Part shown: piece by piece, positions 10,697 through 20,959 of the stretch | Position numbering within the stretch: position 1 is the first letter of the stretch | Layout of the letters: each line of letters starts with the position of its first letter | NCBI GenBank assembly: GCA_051439505.1 | Contig: JBFRWI010000228.1 | Span: 1 to 64,000 of the forward strand | DNA from: Hormoscilla sp. | GTDB taxonomy: Bacteria; Cyanobacteriota; Cyanobacteriia; Cyanobacteriales; Desertifilaceae | DNA length: 64,000 nucleotides | Direction of reading: 5' to 3' | Notes under the pieces: generated by a model | Told to the model about the DNA's origin: nothing | Databases searched by the model: none | What the model saw: the letters and a program-made list of their open reading frames with translations, nothing else | Made by a program: the position numbers and the translations under genes

Positions 10697-10757
10697 TCCC
10701 GCCGGGGGTTCAAACCCTCGGCTAACAGCCTCTTGTCGGTTAAAATTAAAACCGACT
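10697..10757. repeat. REP-like CCCGCCGGGGGTTCAAACCC(C/T)CGGCTAA element; inverted partner at ~11176-11218, another at ~53040-53080
   Basis: Three similar palindromic copies in the window. Confidence 0.65.
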
Positions 10758-10929
10758 AATAACATTTGGGAAAAATCATGTATAATTAATTCTTTCTATC
10801 TCCCTGCGACGGCGGCATCAAAAATTTCCATCTCTTCTGGAGTAAAATCAGCTAATAACCCATATTGCCTTGAACGCCATGATATCCTTCTAGATGGCTG
10901 GTCAATTCATCATCGTGCCTACATTTATT

Positions 10930-11077
10930 GGGTGCATCTCATAGAAGCCAATAATTCTGTAGGGTATCGGCATTTGGGCGACCCTTCGGCTAACGATCAG
11001 GGACCGCAAGATCACTCAGAGATAGACCAATTTACTGCTCAGGAGTGCTTCTCCCGTGCGTGCATTGAGATACACCC
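10930..11077. mobile_element. MITE family A copy
   Basis: GGGTGCATCTCA ... TGAGATACACCC; flanks CATTTATT / CATTTAAT (8-bp TSD, 1 mismatch); interior differs from the 2909 copy. Confidence 0.75.
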
Positions 11078-11251
11078 CATTTAATTCACTCAGTGGTGGT
11101 AAGGTGGGCGGTGCGGTGGGCGGTGCCCACCCTACATTTATATCACTTATAATGTTTTCAGTCAGTTTTAATTTTAACCGACTTGAGCTGTTAGCCGTGG
11201 GTTAAAACCCACGGCGGGCCAGGAGACTTTTTTACTTTTTGACAAATGCTA

Positions 11252-13768
11252 TTAGAAACCAAGCATTTGCTGCACATCAAATCCTTGTGCTTCACTGGCA
11301 CCAGGCAGGTCGAAGGCACCCAGGAAAGCTTCAATTTCTGGTGCCGTGTCACGAATGGCATTGGGGCCTATTACGCCGTTAATCAGAGTATCGCCTCTAA
11401 ACCCGAATAGATAACGGGCGATCGATGTCCCATCTGTCAGGGCGTCTGCCGTGCCATTGCCATCCACGTCCAGCATGGTATCGCGGGCCCCGTCCAGATA
11501 GGAAGTAATTCCATCTGCTGTGTTTCGGGTGGCTCCTGCACCGATAACTCCGTCAATTAGAGTATTACCTGTAAAGCCAAATAGATAACGCAGAGCTATC
11601 AGACCGTCAGTTAAGGCATCTGTGCTCCCATTGCCGTCTATGTCTAGATTAACCTCAAGCGGGACTATTTCCACCGAGCTGGACTGAAAGCTAGCTTCAT
11701 TAGCTGCAGATGTGGGAGTGAAGTTGACTGTGGTCTCGGAAAAATCTGGTTGGGCGACAAAGTTGGCGGTGAACAGCCTTTCTGGGAGAGTAGGATTTGC
11801 TGCGGGCCAGTTTTCTCCTAAGTCACTCCATGCTGTGAGTATGAAAAAGTCGGTATCGGGATCGCTATCGAAATCTTCAATATCTGGCTGTGGCACTCCT
11901 GTGGCTTGTACCCCTGCACTTAAAGTATTGGTGATGCTTGTAAATGATATCTCAGAGTCGTCCCAGTGCATCCGCAACCTTAATCCTGTGGTGGGACTGT
12001 TGGCAGGGTTTGTGGAGTAGTTGACATCAAAGCTGACGCTCGTGCCTGGTGTTGTTGGGACTGTGAGAGTCTCAGGAGTGACGATCTGCTCAAGGGTAGT
12101 AGATGGTGAACCATCAACGAAGACGAAGTTGTTTGGAGCATCCAGTCCCCCGCCAGCAGCGAATACATCAAGAAAGGCCCCCGTTGTCCCGTCGTAGCGC
12201 AGCACTTCGTTGCTATTTTCGCTGATGACATAGAGGTGGCCATCGGGTCCGAAGTTGATGTCAAGTGGAGAATCAAGTCCCCCACTCCCAGCAGAGACGA
12301 ATTCATCAATAAAGAATCCTGTCGTCCCATCGTAGCGCAGCACCGAGTTGGTTTCACTACTGCTGACATAGAGGTTGCCATCTCCTCCGAAGGTTAAACC
12401 TCTATTGGGACCATCCAGACCTCCACCAGATGCGAAAACATCCAGGAATGCTCCCGTTGTCCCGTTGTAGCGCAGCACTTGGTCTGTGTCAAAACTGCTG
12501 ACATAGAGGTGGCCATCGGGTCCGAAGATTATATCCTGTGGACCATTCAGACCCCCACTCCCAGCCTGGACGAATTCATCGATAAAGAGTCCTGTCGTCC
12601 CGTCGTAGCGCAGCACCGCCTCGGTGCCGTCGCTGGTGACATAGAGATTGCCATCTGGTCCGAATGCTATGCCATCGGGCTCATCCAACCCTCCACCCGA
12701 GGCAAAAACGTCGATCAAGAGTCCTGTTCTTCCGTCGTAGCGCCGCACGTCGTCGTTCCTGTTTGTGGCGATATATAGGTTGCCATCGGGTCCCAAGGTT
12801 AAACCATCAGGACCATTCAGCCCTCCACTGCCAGCAGAGACGAATTCATCAATAAAAAAGCCTGTTGTGGCGTCGTAGCGCAGAACTTGGTCGGTTTCAA
12901 AGCTACTGACAAGTAAAAAATCCATCTCCAGGGTAGGTGGAGGGGGAGGTGGTAAATCATCAACGAAGACTAAGTGGTTTGGACTATCCAGTCCCCCACC
13001 CGTAGCGAAGACATCAAGAAAGGCCCCCGTTGTCCCGTCGTAGCGCAGCACCTCCTCCGTGTTATTGCTAGTGACATAGAGGTTATCATCGGGTCCGAAG
13101 TTGATGTCCCGTATATCATCAAGTCCCCCACTCCCAGCAGAAACGAATTCATCAATAAAGAATCCTGCCGTCCCGTCGTAGCGCAGCACCGAATCGGTTC
13201 CACTACTGCTGACATAGAGGTGGCCATCGGGTCCGAAGGTTAAACCTCTATTGGGGCGATCCAGCCCTCCACCAGATGTGAAAACATTCAGGAATGCTCC
13301 CGTTGTCCCGTTGTAGCGCAGCACCTGGTCAGTCCCTTCACTGCTGACATAGAGGTGGCCATCGGGTCCGAAGGTTAAACCCTGGGGACTCTCCAGTCCT
13401 CCACTCCCAGCCGAAACAAATTCATCGATCAAGAATCCTGTCGTCCCGTCGTAGCGCAGCACCGCCTCGGTGCCGTCGCTGGTGACATAGAGATTGCCAT
13501 CGGGTCCGAATGCTATGCCATCGGGATCATCCAACCCTCCACCCGAGGCAAAAACGTCGAGAAATGCTCCTGTTCTCCCGTCGTAGCGCCGCACGTCGTT
13601 CCCGTTTGTGGCGAGATATAGGTTGCCATCGGGTCCCAAGGTTAAACCATCGGGACCATCCAGCCCTTCACTGCCAGCAGAGACGAAAAGATCAATAAAC
13701 TCCCCTGTTCTTGCGTCGTAGCGCAGCACTTCATTGGTTTCAAAGCTGTTGACAAGTAAAAAACTCAT
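11252..13768 (-). CDS. NHL/Vgb-like beta-propeller repeat protein (two tandem propellers) with cohesin-like and paired dockerin-like C-terminal domains
   Basis: Repeated GL..P.GL.FGPDG.LYV.S...VLRYDG.TG; SFDVNYST..TGLRLRMHWDDSEI; LDIDGNG..DALTDG...RYLFGF twice. Confidence 0.75.
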   Translation of the reverse strand: MSFLLVNSFETNEVLRYDARTGEFIDLFVSAGSEGLDGPDGLTLGPDGNLYLATNGNDVRRYDGRTGAFLDVFASGGGLDDPDGIAFGPDGNLYVTSDGTEAVLRYDGTTGFLIDEFVSAGSGGLESPQGLTFGPDGHLYVSSEGTDQVLRYNGTTGAFLNVFTSGGGLDRPNRGLTFGPDGHLYVSSSGTDSVLRYDGTAGFFIDEFVSAGSGGLDDIRDINFGPDDNLYVTSNNTEEVLRYDGTTGAFLDVFATGGGLDSPNHLVFVDDLPPPPPPTLEMDFLLVSSFETDQVLRYDATTGFFIDEFVSAGSGGLNGPDGLTLGPDGNLYIATNRNDDVRRYDGRTGLLIDVFASGGGLDEPDGIAFGPDGNLYVTSDGTEAVLRYDGTTGLFIDEFVQAGSGGLNGPQDIIFGPDGHLYVSSFDTDQVLRYNGTTGAFLDVFASGGGLDGPNRGLTFGGDGNLYVSSSETNSVLRYDGTTGFFIDEFVSAGSGGLDSPLDINFGPDGHLYVISENSNEVLRYDGTTGAFLDVFAAGGGLDAPNNFVFVDGSPSTTLEQIVTPETLTVPTTPGTSVSFDVNYSTNPANSPTTGLRLRMHWDDSEISFTSITNTLSAGVQATGVPQPDIEDFDSDPDTDFFILTAWSDLGENWPAANPTLPERLFTANFVAQPDFSETTVNFTPTSAANEASFQSSSVEIVPLEVNLDIDGNGSTDALTDGLIALRYLFGFTGNTLIDGVIGAGATRNTADGITSYLDGARDTMLDVDGNGTADALTDGTSIARYLFGFRGDTLINGVIGPNAIRDTAPEIEAFLGAFDLPGASEAQGFDVQQMLGF

Positions 13769-14099
13769 AATTTACTCCTGACTGAGCCGATCGCCCCACC
13801 ATCGAGGGTTTACGAGAACAGAATAACGCAGTCTCTCTCAGTTATGCAAGTTAAGTTTTGTGTATCGATACCTATATGCAAGCAAGGCATTGGGCGATCG
13901 CGTCTGGGCACCAGATGCCGGGGCACGGCGGTAGTTACATTTTCGCAAGCTGCGAGGCGATCGCACTCTGCTCCCGTCAGCCGGCACCTACCACCGGTGA
14001 TGATGCCACTACTGCTATCCGAAAAGGTAGGCTCACGCCCAAGATATGATAGTAATAATGCACCAGGAGACCCATAACTGTGGCCAAAGGAGGCGTGTT

Positions 14100-15120
14100 A
14101 TGACACAAACTGAAATGAATATGGATATCCTATACGATCGCTTGTCATCCCTGGGCTTTCCCAAAGACTTCGTGCGGTCTTATGGATTACCTGATTGGTG
14201 GGATGAGGAACTTGAACGCTCAACCGGGGCGGAAATAGAGGCAGCGGCATACATTTGCCGTCGCTTAAACCTGGATATATTATCGTTGCTGAGACCGGAG
14301 AGAACGCCAACTTTTAAGCGATCGGGTCAGGCAAAGTTCAAGATTAAATCTGGGACTGAAAAAGAGCAGCTTTTTGTCGCGCAAGCCATGGCAGCACGCA
14401 TTGCCGAAATGATAGCATATGCTTGTATGCCACCCTGTAAACCACTGCCAAAATCAGCAAAGGAAATCCGAGATATTATTCTAGAGAGTAGGGAGTTTGT
14501 CAAGCTTCCAGGACTCCTCGAATTCTGCTGGAATTATGGCATCCCCGTGGTTCATTTTACTGAATTTCCCACAGATGTTCGTAAGTTCGATGGCATGGTA
14601 GCCTATTTTTATGAACGACCAGTCATAGTCATCAGTCTCAAACACGAATCACCAGCTCGCTTGCTGTCGATCTTAGCGCACGAGTTGGGACATATTGTCA
14701 AAGGTCACTTGCATGGTGATGCCATTGTTGATGATGAAATAAATCTAGAAAGAGAGGACGCCGAAGAAATAGAAGCTAACGAATTTGCTCTAGAACTTTT
14801 ATTGGGTAAACCAGATATGGTATATTACACGAAATTTTACAGGGGAGCAGTTGGCTGCTTATGCCAAACAAATTTCAACTAGAGATGGAGTAGACTCAGG
14901 CACTGTAGTGCATTACTACGTTTGGTATAAGGGCAAGATGGCCGCGACAAAAGAAAAACAAGCAATTGCTTGTAAAACAGGGTCTCAAGCATTAAAGTTA
15001 CTGGAATCTGATGCTGACGCGCCTCAAGAAATCAATCATTATGTCCGCAAGTATGTGGATATAGATAGGCTGGATGTAGACAGTCAGGATTATCTAGAAT
15101 TAGTAGTGATTGAGGTATAA
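14100..15120 (+). pseudogene. ImmA/IrrE-family (COG2856) Zn metallopeptidase, frameshifted near 14830
   Basis: AHELGH and EIEANEFA motifs; AGGAGG before ATG 14100; reading continues in another frame as RNFTGEQLAAYAK. Confidence 0.7.
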
Positions 15121-15122
15121 TT

Positions 15123-15753
15123 TTGGCAAAATTAATATTTCTAGACAATGATGTAATCTTGAAATTAATTAGTTGCCTGCAATCTCTTTTGGGAAGCTGT
15201 TGCCAGTGTCAAACTAAGTCCAGAATACTTATGGGTTCTGGAAAGTGCAAAATATGTATTCCAAAATAATCGCCGGGTTAAGAAAAAATATCCTCAACGC
15301 CTCCTAGAACGTGCTATTTCAATTGTAGAAGGCTGTACTCAAATAAAACAGGAGTCTAGTTTTGATGAGGAATTGCAAGCATTGGAAATAGATGGAATAG
15401 ATCCTGGTGAAGCATTGCTAATTGCTGCCACTCAAAAAGCAGAAGAATTTTATTTAGCGACGGGGGATAAGCAATGTCTCATAGCTTTAGCTTCTGCACC
15501 ATCGTTGTCGGAAATTAGAAAGCGGCTGAGTGGACGAGTTGTTTGTTTTGAACAACTCCTAAAGAAGTCGATCGAAGGTCAAGAATTTGATGATGTTTTA
15601 GCAAAGGTGTTGCCAGGGAGAGAATACGATGGTTCTTTGAAGGCGATATTTGGTTCTGCTTGGCAAGCAACTCAGGAGAATGTGTTACAAGCACTTAACG
15701 GATATATAGAATACTTGCGGAGTCAGACTGACGATCTTTTAGCCGATATTTAA
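15123..15753 (+). pseudogene. PIN-like domain protein, frameshifted near 15175
   Basis: TTG start after GAGGT gives AKLIFLDNDVILKL; a second frame gives CNLFWEAV...IDPGEALLIA...LATGDK (PIN-like acidic motifs). Confidence 0.65.
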
Positions 15754-15790
15754 GGAGATATCGCGTTTCTCTCTTGACTCTCCCCGGCAG

Positions 15791-15961
15791 GCGATCGCCC
15801 TTCATGGGAGAACAAATTTTGGTGGGCGGTGCCCACCCTACAGGACGCCCCGATCGCCCTTCATGGGAGAACTAATTTTGGTGGGCGGTGCCCACCCTAC
15901 AGGACGCCCCGATCGCCCTTCATGGGAGAACTAATGTGTTGGTGGGCGGTGCCCACCCTAC
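15791..15961. repeat. Three tandem ~60-bp units (CGATCGCCCTTCATGGGAGAAC + REP palindrome), BIME-like
   Basis: Direct inspection; the last unit overlaps the stop codon of the flavodoxin-family gene. Confidence 0.8.
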
Positions 15962-16524
15962 GCAGCTTTACCGCGCACCCACTGTAGCGTCACTTCACCA
16001 ATGCGCTGACCGAAAAGTTCTGCCGTCTTCAAATCTCCTGGATGGGGAGATTTAGCGTGCGTATCGGTTTGGCTCATCATGCCATTCCCACTGCCCAGAC
16101 GGTTCAAAGTCAGACCGCTTTCAGGGTCGTCCTCAGAAGGCATAATTCCTTGGCTGACCCAAATCATCGAATGCTGTGCGGCAAATACACTCAGAGTAAT
16201 GAGCGTGTTGAGTTTGTCGCCGTTTAAAGCCGCAGAATTGGTAAAGCCAGCGGCAATTTTATCCTTCCATCCTTGCACGAACCAAGTCTTTGAGGTAGCG
16301 TCCATGAAGGCTTTGAACGGTGCCGACACCGTCCCCATGTAAGTCGGCGTACCAAAAATAATGGCATCTACTTGATCGAGCAGTTCCAGGTTGTTAGTAG
16401 CTTCTTCTGCTGTCATCAATTTTGCTTCCATGTCTGGTACAGACTGAAGACCTTTGAGCACGTGTTCGGCGACGATCTTCGTTCTACCCGAACCGCTGTG
16501 ATAGACGATCGTAGCTTTGGCCAT
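15958..16524 (-). CDS. WrbA-like flavodoxin family NAD(P)H-dependent oxidoreductase
   Basis: YHSGSGRT, FGTPTYMG, WKDKIAAGFTNS, GDKLNTL; likely ATG at 16524. Confidence 0.88.
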   Translation of the reverse strand: MAKATIVYHSGSGRTKIVAEHVLKGLQSVPDMEAKLMTAEEATNNLELLDQVDAIIFGTPTYMGTVSAPFKAFMDATSKTWFVQGWKDKIAAGFTNSAALNGDKLNTLITLSVFAAQHSMIWVSQGIMPSEDDPESGLTLNRLGSGNGMMSQTDTHAKSPHPGDLKTAELFGQRIGEVTLQWVRGKAA

Positions 16525-16558
16525 CTTATATTTCCTCCCATTTACTCTCAAACATCTT

Positions 16559-17579
16559 TCATCGCCGATATTCATCTCCGCAGTCACCGATCAGTTGATA
16601 CAAGTCCCGGGACTTGCCAACTACGGCTGATATCTGCTCATTATCAGCACTATCCAACTGCAGATCGAATAGCTTGGCATTCTCCTGAATGTGTGCTGAT
16701 ATACCCAGCCGCGTACCCACGATCGCCCCTGCCACCGCCGGTTGCTCCAAGACATAGCGCACCGCCACATTAGAGATACTAACTCCATGTTTGCTAGCAA
16801 TTTGCCCGAGAGTAGCAAGCAGTTCCTGAAACAGATCCCAGCCACCCCAAGCATCCACCATATTCTTATATTTCCGCAAGCTAACTGTAGCCATACTAAA
16901 GGATCCCGGTTCCGGTTGTCCCAGATACTTTTCTGATAACAAGCCCCCGCAAACTGTCCCGTAGGCCAACAGCTTGATATCATGGGCTTGACAAAACTCC
17001 ACCATCTTCACTAACGGACGCCGATCGACCAGAGAAAACTGCACCTGATTGGATACAATTTTAATGCCAGCATCCGTGATGATTTGCAAGTGTTCCGTAT
17101 CAAAGTTAGTCAAGGCCAGATGCTTAATTTTCCCCTCACCTTGCAGTTGGGCCATATACTTGAGGGCGTCCAGATAATTTTTATCCCGATATTCCCACCA
17201 GTGGAACTGCATGAGATCTATTGCCTCCACTCCCATCCGTTGGCGGGATATATCAATATTCTTCTCCACCAACTGCTTAGTCATTTTAGCAGGTCTGGGC
17301 ACCCACTTCGTAAAAGCTTGCAGGTTGGATAAAGCCTCTTCACCCCGTTGGGCCCGCAGTTGACGCCGGAACTCGCCAATAAAATCTTCCGCAGGACCGT
17401 AATGATCGGCTAAGTCCCAGGTCGTGAAACCTGCATGCCATATAGTCAAACATACTCTCGATCGCCTTTTTGCGATCGATCCTGCCGTGGCCGCCAGAGA
17501 CTTGCCACATGCCATTCAATATCCGGCAGATATTTAAGTCGGAAGTCAATTGTAATCTGCTTGATGCGATCTGGTTCAT
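16559..17579 (-). pseudogene. Aldo/keto reductase with a 1-bp frameshift near 17438
   Basis: N-terminus [16 protein letters not shown] in one frame, [13 protein letters not shown]...SNQVQFS in another; removing one C restores YMDAGFTT. Confidence 0.8.
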
Positions 17580-17673
17580 ATTCAGGCTTTGGGGGAAATA
17601 TTGTTCTGACCTACCATACCACAAACGGGGCAGCACGAGATAAGATGGAGGAAACTATATCTGCGCGATCGCT

Positions 17674-18081
17674 ATGCTAGACCGCTTAAAACGCTTACCC
17701 TGGGGATCTCTCCTTCAGGTCGCCGCCCTGACCACCGTTATCATCACTGTCGGTGAGGTAATATTAGTCTGGGCCTTCCAGAAATCCTTTATTGTCCGTA
17801 ACCTCCTGAACTTGCTACTTGATGGCCCCTTGGGTGTCTTAATGCCCGTCGCCGCCGCGATCGGTCTGGGCGCATTGGCCGTTTACTTACTAGAACAGCA
17901 GTTCGTGCGCATAAGCATCAACACCTCTAACTTGTGGGCCTTAGTTCCCTGCTTGCTTCTCACCCTGTGGATCGAGTCCCTGCTATCCCTGCCCTCTTTG
18001 GGTTTATTAAGTTTATCCGAACCTATTCTCATTGGGATTATCGTCGGGATATTTTGGAAAGGACGACCTTACTGGCGTTAA
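17674..18081 (+). CDS. Conserved hypothetical membrane protein
   Basis: 135 aa, about four hydrophobic segments, ends GIFWKGRPYWR. Confidence 0.65.
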   Translation: MLDRLKRLPWGSLLQVAALTTVIITVGEVILVWAFQKSFIVRNLLNLLLDGPLGVLMPVAAAIGLGALAVYLLEQQFVRISINTSNLWALVPCLLLTLWIESLLSLPSLGLLSLSEPILIGIIVGIFWKGRPYWR

Positions 18082-18125
18082 TTGTTGCTTGGACCTTTGT
18101 GGGTTTTTAGGTACCGACGCCCGGA

Positions 18126-19226
18126 CTACGCCGAAGCGGGCAATACAACACGCACAGTCGTCTGTTGGTCAGGGATGCTTTCAATGATTAATTGTCCGGC
18201 GTGTAATTCAGTGATGCGTTTAACAATACTCAGTCCCAGACCTATACCTTGCTGTTCGTAAAGTCTACGTTCAAACTGCATGTAGGCTCCCAGTTTAGCG
18301 AGCTGTTCTGGCGTCAACCCCCTTCCTTGATTAATCATTTCCAAGATAAACTGATTGTTTTTGCACCTCGTGCTGATGCTAACTGCTGTATCCTCTTCCG
18401 AAAACTTCAAAGCGTTTTCTATCAGTTCCTCAATAATTTTATTCAGCATTATATCCGAAATCTGGGCCGGACTATCTTGCAGGTCTAACCGTAAGTCATC
18501 TGACCGATTTGCTGCTTGCGCTTTAATTAATATCCGATCGGCAATCAGAGTTTTAGTTGATTCAACTTGATTGCTGCGTAGCAACTTCACTTCCTCGGGA
18601 TTGCTAGCAAGTAACTCCAGTTCTGCATAGAACAAAAAATTTTGAATCAACTCATGTAAGCGTTCCCCAGACCTGCGGATACCCTCTGCCATATCTCGAA
18701 TCTCCGGCAGATTTAGCTGGTCGCATTTGTAGATAATCAGTTCCGAAAAGCCCAGTATTCCATTCAGGGGAGTCCGCAGCTCGTGCGGCAAGGAATGGAC
18801 TATATTATTTCGCAACTCTTCTAATTTTGACTGAGCCGAACGGTCGATCGCCTCCTGTTTTTTCATCTGCGTCCCGATCGCCTTGAGCACTTCATCTGGA
18901 GTATAGGGCTTTGTCAAATAGTCATCTGCTCCTAGTTCCATTCCTTGGCGCAGATCTACCCGATCGGCTTTAGCAGTCATAAAAATGAAAGGGATAGTTG
19001 CTGTCTCCGGGTGGGAACGCAAGGACTGCAAAACATCATAACCATCTAGTTCCGGCATCATCACGTCGCACAGAATCACATCTGGCGGATCCTTTAATGC
19101 CAATTCCACTCCCTTTTGGCCGTTTTCTGCTCCTATGGCTTCAAAGTCCTCAGCTTCCAGCAGTTCTAACAGATTGCTCCGCATGACCTCATTATCTTCT
19201 ATGACCAAAATTTTGCCGCTCATCAT
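18126..19226 (-). CDS. Hybrid response regulator-histidine kinase
   Basis: REC (ILVIED, DVMMP), HELRTPLNGILG, HATPase GIGLGLSIV. Confidence 0.9.
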   Translation of the reverse strand: MMSGKILVIEDNEVMRSNLLELLEAEDFEAIGAENGQKGVELALKDPPDVILCDVMMPELDGYDVLQSLRSHPETATIPFIFMTAKADRVDLRQGMELGADDYLTKPYTPDEVLKAIGTQMKKQEAIDRSAQSKLEELRNNIVHSLPHELRTPLNGILGFSELIIYKCDQLNLPEIRDMAEGIRRSGERLHELIQNFLFYAELELLASNPEEVKLLRSNQVESTKTLIADRILIKAQAANRSDDLRLDLQDSPAQISDIMLNKIIEELIENALKFSEEDTAVSISTRCKNNQFILEMINQGRGLTPEQLAKLGAYMQFERRLYEQQGIGLGLSIVKRITELHAGQLIIESIPDQQTTVRVVLPASA

Positions 19227-19240
19227 TTCTCCTTGTTTTT

Positions 19241-20959
19241 TTATATTATATCGTTGCTTGGCAATCTTTTTCCCGATAATATCATTTCTTGAAATGCTGG
19301 TGCTGGCAAGGGAGGACTGAATAAATAACCTTGGATTTCATCACAATCGTATTTCCATAATAAATCCAGTTCTGCCGACCTTTCTACTCCCTCGGCAATC
19401 ACCTGCATCTGCAACTTATGGGCCATTTGTATAATTGTTTTCACCAAGGATATATTTCGATCGTCTGGGCCCGTTATATTCTGGAAAAAGCTGCGGTCTA
19501 TTTTCAAAATATCAAATGGCAATACTTGCAGATAGTTGAATCCCGAATAACCGGTGCCAAAATCATCCATAGCAATTTTTATGCCCAACTTCTGCCAACT
19601 CTTTAAGGTCTTCTGGACCATTGTCGCATTTGACACAATAATTCTTTCCGTCAATTCTAATTCCAGATATTTAGGGTCTAAACCTGTTTCCTCCAAGACC
19701 GCGACTAGATTTTCCGGCAGAGTCGGTTCCATCAATTGACGCGCCGATAAGTTGACGGCTACTCTTAAATCGGGAAATCCCAGACCTTGCCAATATTTTA
19801 CATCTTGGCAAGCCCTTTGCAACACCCATTGCCCGATCGGGACTATCATACCGGTTTCCTCCGCGATCCCAATGAATTTAGCCGGTGATACTCGCCCTCT
19901 TTCTGGATGTTGCCAACGCAGCAGGGCTTCGGCACCCACTATGCTACCATCTTTCAGATTCACTTTGGGTTGATAATGTACCGCCAGTTCCTCACGGGCG
20001 ATCGCATAGCGCAAGTCAGTTTCCAACGCTAAAGTCTCAGAGGAGTCTCCATCCATGTCTGGACTGTAAAACTGATATTGATTTCCCCCCTGCTGCTGGG
20101 CTTTCCCGATCGCTCGCAGGGCCCCTTGCAGGACTTTTTCCACATCTTCCCCACCGAAGCCGCATCCTATTCCGATACTGGCAGTCACCGAAATTTCTCG
20201 ATCCTCTAAAGTAAAGGGTCGATTAACACATAATAGCAAGGCTTGAGCCATTTCTGCTTGGGCCAATCGGGCACCAACTCGGACGATCGCCAATTTCTCC
20301 GCCTCCAGACGCACCAACAGATCCTGACTGCCTAGACATTTTCTCAACCGCTGCACCACTGCTTTGAGCAATTCATCGCCCCAGGCATGTCCGAGACTGT
20401 GGTTAATCCGATTAAATCTGTCTAATCCTAGCACCATCACTGCTATTTGCTCGCCCTGGTCTGAGATCCGATCGAACCAATCGCGTAATGACCGCCGATT
20501 TGGCAAATTAGTTAATCTATCATAATAAATTAACCGATGCAGTTGGGATTCCGTATGTTCAATAGCCCTGGTGTAACGGGCCACCGCTGCCCTTTGCCTT
20601 TCCAGACGAGTGGCGATCGCTCTTAGCAGTTCGTCGGAAGTACAGGGTTTAGTTAGATAATCATCTGCCCCCAGTTCCATTCCCTGGCGCCAGTCCCATC
20701 TATCAGCTTTAGCCGTCAGAAAAATAAACGGAATTATTGCCGTTTCTGGAGTGGCCCGCAGGGCTTTAAGCACCCCGTAACCATCCAAGGAAGGCATCAT
20801 CACATCGCTAATAATCAAATCCGGTAGATGTAACGATGCCAGTTCCACCCCTTCCCTACCATTTTCCGCACCGATCGCCTCAAAGGACTCTAATTCTAGC
20901 AGTTCCAATATATTAGCACGGACCAGTTCTTCGTCTTCAATCACTAATATTAAAGTCAT
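19241..20959 (-). CDS. REC-GGDEF(degenerate)-EAL c-di-GMP phosphodiesterase
   Basis: REC domain; GGDEF site reads RLEAEKL; intact AEALLRW and DDFGTGYS. Confidence 0.88.
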   Translation of the reverse strand: MTLILVIEDEELVRANILELLELESFEAIGAENGREGVELASLHLPDLIISDVMMPSLDGYGVLKALRATPETAIIPFIFLTAKADRWDWRQGMELGADDYLTKPCTSDELLRAIATRLERQRAAVARYTRAIEHTESQLHRLIYYDRLTNLPNRRSLRDWFDRISDQGEQIAVMVLGLDRFNRINHSLGHAWGDELLKAVVQRLRKCLGSQDLLVRLEAEKLAIVRVGARLAQAEMAQALLLCVNRPFTLEDREISVTASIGIGCGFGGEDVEKVLQGALRAIGKAQQQGGNQYQFYSPDMDGDSSETLALETDLRYAIAREELAVHYQPKVNLKDGSIVGAEALLRWQHPERGRVSPAKFIGIAEETGMIVPIGQWVLQRACQDVKYWQGLGFPDLRVAVNLSARQLMEPTLPENLVAVLEETGLDPKYLELELTERIIVSNATMVQKTLKSWQKLGIKIAMDDFGTGYSGFNYLQVLPFDILKIDRSFFQNITGPDDRNISLVKTIIQMAHKLQMQVIAEGVERSAELDLLWKYDCDEIQGYLFSPPLPAPAFQEMILSGKRLPSNDII

